A DNA stretch of 24,000 bases from Hyphomicrobium sp. (lineage in GTDB: Bacteria > Pseudomonadota > Alphaproteobacteria > Rhizobiales > Hyphomicrobiaceae): positions 182,507 through 206,506 of the forward strand of contig JANRIH010000038.1 in assembly GCA_033765145.1 (NCBI GenBank), read 5' to 3'. Positions 15,648-24,000 of this stretch are shown piece by piece. The translations under genes were made by a program, and so were the position numbers. Within the stretch, counting starts at the first letter, position 1. Each line of letters starts with the position of its first letter. A model generated the notes under the pieces. It was not told the DNA's origin. It made no database searches and saw only the letters and a list, made by a program, of their open reading frames with translations.

Positions 15648-15681
15648 ATGCGCCGCGCACGGCGCGTGCTAGCGTTGAGCG

Positions 15682-18435
15682 ATGTCCGATACGCTGCCGC
15701 CCACCCATCTTCCCGGGAACGCTCAAGCCGCTGCTCCGCGGACGGTTAAAGTCCTCGAGGGCAAGATTTTTCGCGCGCGGCTCGCCATGGTCGCCGAGGC
15801 CGTTTGGCGGCGGATGTGGATCCTTTTCGGACTGGCCGGTCTGTTTGTTCTCGTGAGCCTCGCGGGCCTCTGGCCATTGCTCGACCCCTGGACTCATCGG
15901 ATTTCCCTCGGGCTCTTCGGGCTGGGCTTCCTCGTTTGGCTCGTCGTAACCCTCCGCATTCCCTGGCCATCGCGCGAGGACGCCATCCGGCGAATCGAGC
16001 GGGTCTCAGGCATCCCGCACCGCCCCGCGTCCGCCTATGAAGATACGCTCTCCTCGGCCTCCGGGAACGCCGCGACGGAAGCGATCTGGCAGGCCCACAA
16101 GCGCCGCATGGCGAACCTCGTGAAGGACCTGCGCCCGGGGGCACCTGCCCCACGCACCCATCTCATCGACCCGATCGCGCTGCGTGCGATTTTGCCGCTC
16201 GCCCTCGTCGTGGCACTCGGATTGGCGGGCTCGAGCGGCCTGTCGCGGTTAGGCGAAGCATTCGAGTTCGGCACATCCGCCGCACTCACGAACGCGCGGC
16301 TAGACGCCTGGGTCACGCCGCCCGCCTACACGGGGCGCACGCCCATCATGCTGGCCGACGGCCGCAACCCGGCGACCGCTCAACCTGCGCCGAATCAGTT
16401 TGCCCCGAAGTCGGACGGCTCGCCGGCGGACGCAGCGGCGGCCAAGTCCCTCGAAGTGCCGGAAGGCAGTCTCGTCGTCGCGCGTCTCGCGGGCGCGGGC
16501 ACCGAAACGCTGACGCTCGAAGTCGCGGGAGCCGACGATCCGAAGGCGTCATCGACGCGTGTCGAGGGCCAGGCGAGCGCCGGCGCCGTGCAAGGTCTGA
16601 CGGAAGCGCGCGTCACGCTCGACAAGGCGGGCACGCTTCGCGTTCTGGCGGGCGGCAACGTACTGCGCGAATGGCCGTTCACGGTGATCCCCGACAATGC
16701 GCCCGGCATCGCGCTGACGAAAAACCCCGAACGCACTGAACGCGGCGCTATGAAGCTCACCTACTTCGTGCAGGACGACTATGGCGTTGCGTCCGCCGAA
16801 GTCGTGTTCAAGCCCCTCGAGAAAGTCGACGACGGAGACCCCAAGACCGCATGGGCGCGTCCGCCGCCACCGACCGGGCCGCGTCCGCCCTATTCCCGTC
16901 CGCCCCAGCTCGCGCTCCGCCTGCCGGCTCCGAATGCCAAGCAGGGCGAGGCGTTCACGTATCACGAGATGGGCTCGCACCCTTGGGCCGGCCGCCGCGT
17001 GACGATGACGCTCGTCGCCAAGGACGTTGGCGGCAAGACCGGCCAGACGCTGCCGATCGAAGTCATGCTCCCCGAGCGCGAATTCAAGAAGCCGTTGGCG
17101 CGGGCTGTGATCGAGCAGCGGAAACTTCTGCTCGAAGACCCGCGCCATCGCGCGCGCGTCGGTGTCGCGTTGGCCGCTCTGACACTCGAGCCCCAAGGTT
17201 TCATCGACGACGCGCGCGCGTATCTGGCGCTCCGCTCGTCGCTCTATCGCCTGGAGCGCGATACGACACGCGCGGCGACCGACAGCGTCATCGAGCAGTT
17301 GTGGTTTGCAGCCCTCCGCCTCGAGGACGGCGATCTTTCTGAAGCCGAGCGCAATCTCCGCGACGTCCAGGATCGGCTTGCGAAGGCGCTCGAAGAAGGC
17401 GCGTCCGACGAGGAGATCCAGCGCCTGATGCAGGAGCTGCGCGACGCCTTCCAGGACTATGCGCGCGAGATGGCGGAGCAGGCCGAGCAACAGGCCGGCG
17501 ATCAGCAGCAGCAGGACAATCAGAGCGGCGAACAGATGTCCGCCGAAGACCTCGACCGGATGATGAAGGAAATGGAGGAGATGGCCAAGAGCGGCCTCCG
17601 TGAGCAGGCGAAGGACATGCTGGCTCAGATGCGCGACATGATGGAGCGCATGCAGGCTCAGAAGCAGCAGAGCCAGGAAGATCGCCAGCGCAATGCCGAC
17701 GCCGAGAAGATGATGCGGCGTCTCGGTGAGGCGACCGGCGAGCAGCAGAACCTCATGGACGACACCTTCGACCAGCGACGCGAGCAGCAACAGGGTCAAG
17801 GGCAGATGAAGCAGCAGGGTCAGGCTGGCCAGCGCGGTCAGCGTGGCCAGGGCATGCAGGCCGATCGCAACGGTCAGATGGGCCAGGGCAACGACCAAGG
17901 CGAGATGCAGCTGGGCGAGCGCGGCCGCGATGGCAAGGGTCCGGAAGGCGGCAAAGGCCAAGGCGGGAGGCAGGGCCTTGCTGAACGCCAGCGGCAGCTT
18001 CGCGAAAGACTGGACGCTCTGCGTAAGGACATGCAGGAAAAGGGTCTCGGCGACGGCGAGCGCCTTGGCGAAGCGACCGATGCCATGGAAGACGCCGAAC
18101 GCGCGTTGGAACAGGGTGATTTCGATCAGGCGAACCAGGATCAGGGCCGCGCGCTGGACGCCATGCGCGAAAGCGCCGAGGAAATGGCGAGCCAGATGCA
18201 GCAGAACAACGGCGGACAGCAGCGGTTCGGTCAGAACGGCGACAGCCCGCGCGATCCGTTGGGACGTCCGCAGCGCTCCCGCGGTCCCGATCAGGGACGG
18301 TCGGTGAAAGTCCCGGACCAGATCGATATGCAGCGCGCGCGCGAAGTTCTGGAGGAACTGCGCCGCCGTCTCGGAGAGGCCACGCGCCCAGAGGTCGAAT
18401 TGCAGTACCTCGAGCGGCTCTTGAAGTGGAATTGA
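15682..18435 (+). CDS. TIGR02302 / DUF4175-family alphaproteobacterial membrane protein with a Gln/Gly/Met/acidic low-complexity C-terminal region
   Basis: 917 aa. It has two N-terminal TM helices (WILFGLAGLFVLVSLAGLWPLL and ISLGLFGLGFLVWLVVTL), then RRIERVSGIPHRPASAYEDTL, a long globular middle and a QQQ/GQ/M/E-rich tract (about nt 17440-17960). This matches the TIGRFAM description of the alphaproteobacteria-restricted ~850-aa family. Confidence 0.85.
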   Translation: MSDTLPPTHLPGNAQAAAPRTVKVLEGKIFRARLAMVAEAVWRRMWILFGLAGLFVLVSLAGLWPLLDPWTHRISLGLFGLGFLVWLVVTLRIPWPSREDAIRRIERVSGIPHRPASAYEDTLSSASGNAATEAIWQAHKRRMANLVKDLRPGAPAPRTHLIDPIALRAILPLALVVALGLAGSSGLSRLGEAFEFGTSAALTNARLDAWVTPPAYTGRTPIMLADGRNPATAQPAPNQFAPKSDGSPADAAAAKSLEVPEGSLVVARLAGAGTETLTLEVAGADDPKASSTRVEGQASAGAVQGLTEARVTLDKAGTLRVLAGGNVLREWPFTVIPDNAPGIALTKNPERTERGAMKLTYFVQDDYGVASAEVVFKPLEKVDDGDPKTAWARPPPPTGPRPPYSRPPQLALRLPAPNAKQGEAFTYHEMGSHPWAGRRVTMTLVAKDVGGKTGQTLPIEVMLPEREFKKPLARAVIEQRKLLLEDPRHRARVGVALAALTLEPQGFIDDARAYLALRSSLYRLERDTTRAATDSVIEQLWFAALRLEDGDLSEAERNLRDVQDRLAKALEEGASDEEIQRLMQELRDAFQDYAREMAEQAEQQAGDQQQQDNQSGEQMSAEDLDRMMKEMEEMAKSGLREQAKDMLAQMRDMMERMQAQKQQSQEDRQRNADAEKMMRRLGEATGEQQNLMDDTFDQRREQQQGQGQMKQQGQAGQRGQRGQGMQADRNGQMGQGNDQGEMQLGERGRDGKGPEGGKGQGGRQGLAERQRQLRERLDALRKDMQEKGLGDGERLGEATDAMEDAERALEQGDFDQANQDQGRALDAMRESAEEMASQMQQNNGGQQRFGQNGDSPRDPLGRPQRSRGPDQGRSVKVPDQIDMQRAREVLEELRRRLGEATRPEVELQYLERLLKWN

Positions 18436-18468
18436 TCCTAGTACCTTAGCGGTGACCGGCGGCGCGCG

Positions 18469-19410
18469 TCAGAACTGCCGGATCCAGTTGACCGTGACAT
18501 AGGGCTCGGGCGCGATGTCGCCCGTAGCACCCCCCTGGAACAGACCGCCAGAAACTCCCGCCGAAACCGACACTTCCCCGCCATCCCAGTCGGTGCGCAG
18601 GAAGATGCCGGCGCGTGTATATTCGAGGATCGAGGCTTCCCCGTCGCCATATGTGAACTGCTGCTGGCAGGCGCCGCCGTCGTCCCAGCCAAGTTCGCAG
18701 TCGGATTGCGCGTCGAGATCGAGCCACGCCTCCCATCCGACCGACCAGCCCTTGACGGCACGCCATCCGAGCCGCGTCCGCGCGGACCGCGTGCGGTGCG
18801 CCTCGCTCCAGGAGAGATCGAGTGACGCGAACCCGATGTTGCCGATGTCGAGCCAAAGCTCGACGACGGCCTTGGCGCCAATGTCGTCTCCGACAACTGC
18901 GTTTTCGACATCGATGGGCGTGATGGCATGGCCGACGCCCGAGACGCCCGCGAAAGCCTTGGCCGTCAGCGGTCCCCAACGCTCGAGATAGCCAACGAGC
19001 ACGTCCGTGAACCATGGCGTCGCGCGAAATCGGCGGATGACGCTGTCGTCGAGGTCGGCGTCGTACCGCTCGCCCTCGTAGCGATACCCGCCGCTTCCGC
19101 CCGCGATGCGGACCCTGAACCCCGGCTCGTGGATGTGGCTCCAAGGGGCGAGCGTCACACCCGAATAAATGAGCCAGCCGCTGTCCGAGGCGTCGACACC
19201 GGCCCAAGTCTCGCGCCACTTGTGGGACTTCGAAGGTTCGGCGAACGCCCTGGCCCACGCGGCAGGGTTCCAGGTGTCCTGCGGCGCGGCCGGTTCGCCG
19301 GCGCGGACGGGCAGGGCACACGATAGCGTCAGCGCCCCAACGTTCAGAGCGAGCCGGATGGCCAGCCGATGACGCGATACCCCGAATGCCACAACCGGGC
19401 CCCCGAACAC
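18469..19410 (-). CDS. Outer-membrane beta-barrel protein, BcsS-like family (function unproven)
   Basis: Signal peptide ...RHRLAIRLALNVGALTLSCALPVRA|GE. The sequence has alternating amphipathic strands, W.GVDAS...IYSGVTLAPW......GFRVRIAGGSGGYRY, and a C-terminal ...VTVNWIRQF ending in Phe (OMP signature). GTG start at 19410 or 19392. The competing 346-aa ORF in another frame is Arg-rich nonsense. Confidence 0.75.
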   Translation of the reverse strand: MFGGPVVAFGVSRHRLAIRLALNVGALTLSCALPVRAGEPAAPQDTWNPAAWARAFAEPSKSHKWRETWAGVDASDSGWLIYSGVTLAPWSHIHEPGFRVRIAGGSGGYRYEGERYDADLDDSVIRRFRATPWFTDVLVGYLERWGPLTAKAFAGVSGVGHAITPIDVENAVVGDDIGAKAVVELWLDIGNIGFASLDLSWSEAHRTRSARTRLGWRAVKGWSVGWEAWLDLDAQSDCELGWDDGGACQQQFTYGDGEASILEYTRAGIFLRTDWDGGEVSVSAGVSGGLFQGGATGDIAPEPYVTVNWIRQF

Positions 19411-19578
19411 GGGACTGAGAACTCAGACGAATACGGAGGAACATGGTCGCGCCAGGCGTGTCTTCGGTCAATAATGGATTAACCAAAAAATCTAGGAACT
19501 ACATATGGTTGCTGTTTTCTAGGCGCAACAATCTCAGATTGAGAAAAGGTCTCGTGTTGCCCCGCCGCGGCTGCCGTG

Positions 19579-19589
19579 CTGCATGGCAG
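19579..19589. promoter_or_regulatory. CTGC-N3-GCAG palindrome (PhaR-operator-like) upstream of the phasin-like gene
   Basis: ctgcatggcag is read at 19579-19589, nested inside the larger dyad GCTGCC-N9-GGCAGC (19570-19590), 106 nt upstream of ATG 19695. It matches, from memory, the PhaR operator consensus reported for Rhodobacter sphaeroides. Confidence 0.35.
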
Positions 19590-19694
19590 CGAATGTTTGT
19601 CGCACCGGTTCGTTATCAGCTATTGATCCATCGCCTGGAATTTGCCGGATCAGAAACGTACCTTCCGCGGAATAGTCTAGGGAGTTGCAAAAAA

Positions 19695-20150
19695 ATGCAC
19701 ACGCGATTGTCAACGGACCGCATGTTCACGCCCGGCCTCTCCGGCGATCGCGCCATTGCGGCCGCTGCCGGTTCAATCATGGACCGGCTGGGTTTGGCGG
19801 CGGCGCCGGTCAAAGCCATGGCGTTGGCCAACGTCGAGATGACCACCCTCATGAGCCGTCGGGCGCAAGCCTACCTCGAACTGCCGAAGGCGATCGCACG
19901 CTGCCGTTCCGGCCAGGATGTCATGCGCGAGCAGATGTTGTTCTGGCAAACGGCGTGGGAGCAGTATCAGGATTCGTCGACGCGCCTCGCGACGGCATGG
20001 ACCCAGGCGCTGATGCCGGCGGCGCTCGGCACGTCGTCCAGGGAAAGCGAACTCGCCGCCCGCGAACAGAGCCCGATCAAGCTTCCTGAAGCGGGCCCTA
20101 AATCCACGGAAACGTCGCGCAGGCGTCCACGCGCCTACGAAGCCGCCTGA
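19695..20150 (+). CDS. Phasin-like (PHA granule-associated, Phasin_2-type) protein, putative
   Basis: Track ORF 19443..20150 trimmed to ATG 19695 (GGAG upstream). The all-helical sequence ...ANVEMTTLMSRRAQAYLELPKAIARCRSGQDVMREQMLFWQTAWEQYQDSSTRLATAW resembles alphaproteobacterial phasin-domain proteins. The assignment is by pattern memory, not a search. Confidence 0.5.
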   Translation: MHTRLSTDRMFTPGLSGDRAIAAAAGSIMDRLGLAAAPVKAMALANVEMTTLMSRRAQAYLELPKAIARCRSGQDVMREQMLFWQTAWEQYQDSSTRLATAWTQALMPAALGTSSRESELAAREQSPIKLPEAGPKSTETSRRRPRAYEAA

Positions 20151-20203
20151 AACGACTCGCGGCCGAGCCTGACGGCTTCGCCGAAGCCTCGCACCAATCG
20201 TCA

Positions 20204-20229
20204 TCGGCCGTGGCAGGCGCCACGGCCGA
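20204..20229. terminator. GC-rich hairpin between convergent genes (probable intrinsic terminator, mainly for the + strand gene)
   Basis: TCGGCCGTGG (20204-20213), loop CAGGCG, CCACGGCCGA (20220-20229): a perfect 10-bp stem. It is followed by AGTCGTTTTCA on the + strand. A second weaker hairpin, GGCTT-cgccg-AAGCC, is at 20173-20187. Confidence 0.55.
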
Positions 20230-20243
20230 AGTCGTTTTCAAGA

Positions 20244-20837
20244 CTATTTGAGTTCAGCCAGCGCTTGCGAAAAGCCGTTGAGCGACACGGGGATTCCGAT
20301 GCCCGCCTCTTCAGTCTGGAAAATGATGAAAATGGCTGTCTTACCGGTCGAGAGCTGCGCGACCAGAGGCGCTTCCACGGTGACCTGCGCATAGCATGCA
20401 AACGAATGGCAGCGTAGGAACGGCGCGTGTCCGACGTCCTTGTCGTCGATTTTGAGCCCGATACCCGGCGGCAGAAGTACACCGAGCGGCGCGAACACGC
20501 GCAGTACCTGAACGCCGTTCGAGAACTTCTGGAAATAGACCGTCAGTCCGACGTTGTCCCTGTCTTCCGCCGTGACGCTCTGTACGAGAGCGCACACTTC
20601 GTTCTTGGCCCCGGGCGGCGGCGCCTTGCAGACCACTTGCCAATCGCCGTGTTGCGCCTTGACCGTACCGTCGGCCGCATCTGGCACCTTCGTCGGAGCT
20701 TCTGATGGCTGCTGTGCCAAAGCCATCGGCAGGGCTGCGGCAAGCCCGGCCAGGACGAACGCGAGGAAAAGAGCAGAGAACGGAGAAATCGGCCTGCGGA
20801 CGCGATTGACGAGGCAGCGGGCAGAACTGTGAGGCAT
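20244..20837 (-). CDS. Invasion-associated locus B (IalB) family periplasmic protein
   Basis: Track ORF trimmed to ATG 20837. Signal peptide ...FSALFLAFVLAGLAAALPMALA|QQ, then GDWQVVCKAPPPGAKNEVCALVQSV...LTVYFQKF....VLRVFAPLGVLLPPGIGLKIDD......PF.RC....CYAQV, the typical IalB (PF06776) pattern. Confidence 0.85.
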   Translation of the reverse strand: MPHSSARCLVNRVRRPISPFSALFLAFVLAGLAAALPMALAQQPSEAPTKVPDAADGTVKAQHGDWQVVCKAPPPGAKNEVCALVQSVTAEDRDNVGLTVYFQKFSNGVQVLRVFAPLGVLLPPGIGLKIDDKDVGHAPFLRCHSFACYAQVTVEAPLVAQLSTGKTAIFIIFQTEEAGIGIPVSLNGFSQALAELK

Positions 20838-21380
20838 GGCTGAGAGGAACCCAAAGCAAGGAAGGCTGGGACAGGGCCGTGATCGGAGACCGTTGGTCAA
20901 GCCCGAGAATGCGCCGGATCATCGGATTGGCGGCCACGTGTGACCGAGGAACGGGGCCGAAAAACGGCTGCGGGAAGTCGAGGAAATCAAGCGACCGACG
21001 GGCCCGTTCACCGAGTGAACTCGTCGGAACTTATCGGCTGAAAAAGCTACGTACTGCGTCAATTTACGCGAAGATATGACGCAACAATCTTGACTTGTCG
21101 CAAGATTGGGGATTGTGCTGTGGTTCGACGAAGGGGAAGTCGTCTGAGGCGCGCCTCCCCGGCCTGTTGCAGATCGGGCTGGGTGAGCGTCTACGAGGCT
21201 GGATCGGTTCGGCAGCGATCGTGCGCGCATGAAGCGCGTGGGGACTGCTGTTGTCGAGCCTGTCCAAAGCAACGCTCGCAAGAAGCGGTTGAACGCGCCG
21301 CGAGCGAACGATGATTGCTTCTCCAGAGTACGATCAAAACCGCCGGCTGCGGCCGGTCTGGGTCTGGGGAGCGAAAAGTG

Positions 21381-22283
21381 ATGATGACACGACTGTCGAG
21401 GCTTCTGCCTCTCGCGGCGGTTTTCGCTGCGCTGACGCTGTGGCTCGATCCGGCGTTTGCCGTCGACGGGCACGCCCAGCCAGGGCAGCGCGGACTTTCT
21501 CCCGCCGTGACCGAAGTGATGCGCGAGATCCACACGTTCTACGATCTCGTCAACATCGTCATTATCGCGATCGCGGTGTTCGTTCTGATCCTCATGCTCT
21601 ACGTGATGTATCGCTTCCGCGAGAGCGCGAACCCGACCCCATCGAAGACGACGCACAACACGATCCTCGAGGTCGCCTGGACCGTTGTGCCGATCATCAT
21701 TCTCGTCGTGATCGCGATCCCGTCGTTCAAGCTGCTGATGCTGCAGTACAGCTACCCGAAGCCTGACCTGACGGTGAAGGCGATCGGCAACGCCTGGTTC
21801 TGGGAGCACGAGTATCCCGATCAGGGCGGCTTCACGATCACATCTAACATGCTCTCGGACGAAGAAGTTGCCGAGAAGGCCAAGACGGGCATTCCGACGC
21901 CGCGTCTTTTGTCGGTCGACAACGAGATCGTCGTGCCGCTGAACAAGGTCGTGCACATGCTCGTGACGTCGAACGACGTCATTCACAATTGGACGATCCC
22001 GATGTTCGGCTCGAAGATCGACGCCGTCCCCGGCCGCATCACCACCACGTGGTTCCGCGCCGAGAAGGAAGGCATCTACTACGGCCAGTGCTCAGAGCTC
22101 TGCGGTATGAACCACGCATTCATGCCGATCGCCGTCCGCGTCGTGAAGCCGGAAGTCTTTGACGAGTGGGCGGCTGCCATGAAGGGCAAGGACAAGAAGA
22201 AGGCCCGCGAGATCCTCGACAAGGTCGCACTCGAGCAGGCCGGCATCAAGAGCGTCGCCGACGCAGCCAGCGCAGCACAGTAA
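21381..22283 (+). CDS. coxB: Cytochrome c oxidase (aa3-type) subunit II
   Basis: Track ORF trimmed to ATG 21381 (GGGAG 9 nt upstream). It has a signal/TM segment, two TM helices, and the CuA site HNWTIP....CSELCGMNHAFMP. Confidence 0.95.
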   Translation: MMTRLSRLLPLAAVFAALTLWLDPAFAVDGHAQPGQRGLSPAVTEVMREIHTFYDLVNIVIIAIAVFVLILMLYVMYRFRESANPTPSKTTHNTILEVAWTVVPIIILVVIAIPSFKLLMLQYSYPKPDLTVKAIGNAWFWEHEYPDQGGFTITSNMLSDEEVAEKAKTGIPTPRLLSVDNEIVVPLNKVVHMLVTSNDVIHNWTIPMFGSKIDAVPGRITTTWFRAEKEGIYYGQCSELCGMNHAFMPIAVRVVKPEVFDEWAAAMKGKDKKKAREILDKVALEQAGIKSVADAASAAQ

Positions 22284-22336
22284 GAAACGCGGGAGCAGCG
22301 TCTACAGGCCCCGTGGCCTTGGACGCTCAAATTTGA

Positions 22337-23983
<1,647 letters not shown>

Positions 23984-24000
23984 GTAACGAACGGAGAAGC

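Noticed and set aside
13887-15655. Target-site duplication flanking the IS1595-family element
   Set aside because: The 8-bp flanks (aacgtgaa and atgcgccg) do not match, nor do the flanks after shifting the ends by 1-3 bp. None is reported.
17440-17960. Periodic-looking CAG/GGC/ATG-rich DNA, checked as a possible tandem repeat or CRISPR-like array
   Set aside because: There are no discrete repeat-spacer units. It is in-frame low-complexity coding sequence, characteristic of this protein family.
16549-17961. 470-aa Leu/Ala/His-rich - strand ORF
   Set aside because: It is antisense to the Gln/Glu/Met low-complexity part of the TIGR02302-family gene. CAG/GAG/ATG repeats read as CTG/CTC/CAT on the other strand and suppress stops.
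18446-19486. 346-aa - strand ORF competing with the BcsS-like gene
   Set aside because: It is in a different frame over the same DNA. The product is Arg/Gly-rich, whereas the 313-aa frame has a signal peptide, beta-strand periodicity and a C-terminal Phe.

Overview
High-GC chromosomal window, most likely from an alphaproteobacterium (Hyphomicrobiales-like gene content). Most of it is conserved housekeeping. The core genes are dapE and dapD (lysine/DAP pathway), a divergent tlpA / argH-small lipoprotein-lysA cluster with a SAM methyltransferase wedged in, a TIGR02302/DUF4175-type low-complexity membrane protein, a BcsS-like outer-membrane barrel, a phasin-like gene, an IalB-family gene, and coxB-ctaD (aa3 cytochrome c oxidase) at the right end. 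Two compositionally atypical insertions lie between lysA and the TIGR02302-family gene. The first is a stand-alone 755-aa KAP-family P-loop NTPase with no obvious membrane insert (8058-10325). The second is a ~1.75-kb IS1595-family element (about 13895-15647) with long imperfect terminal inverted repeats. These repeats enclose the transposase plus two overlapping passenger ORFs of unknown function, one of them clearly lower in GC. Between the insertions is a host-like block: a GST-PNPOx operon, a divergent LysR regulator, and a secreted Met-rich Spy/CpxP-like protein. I found no rRNA, tRNA or CRISPR array. No multi-gene novel system is demonstrable from sequence alone. The best candidates for follow-up are the orphan KAP NTPase and the IS-borne two-ORF cassette. 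Many long ORFs in the supplied track are antisense or off-frame artefacts of high GC. dapE is missing from the track because it runs off the left edge.
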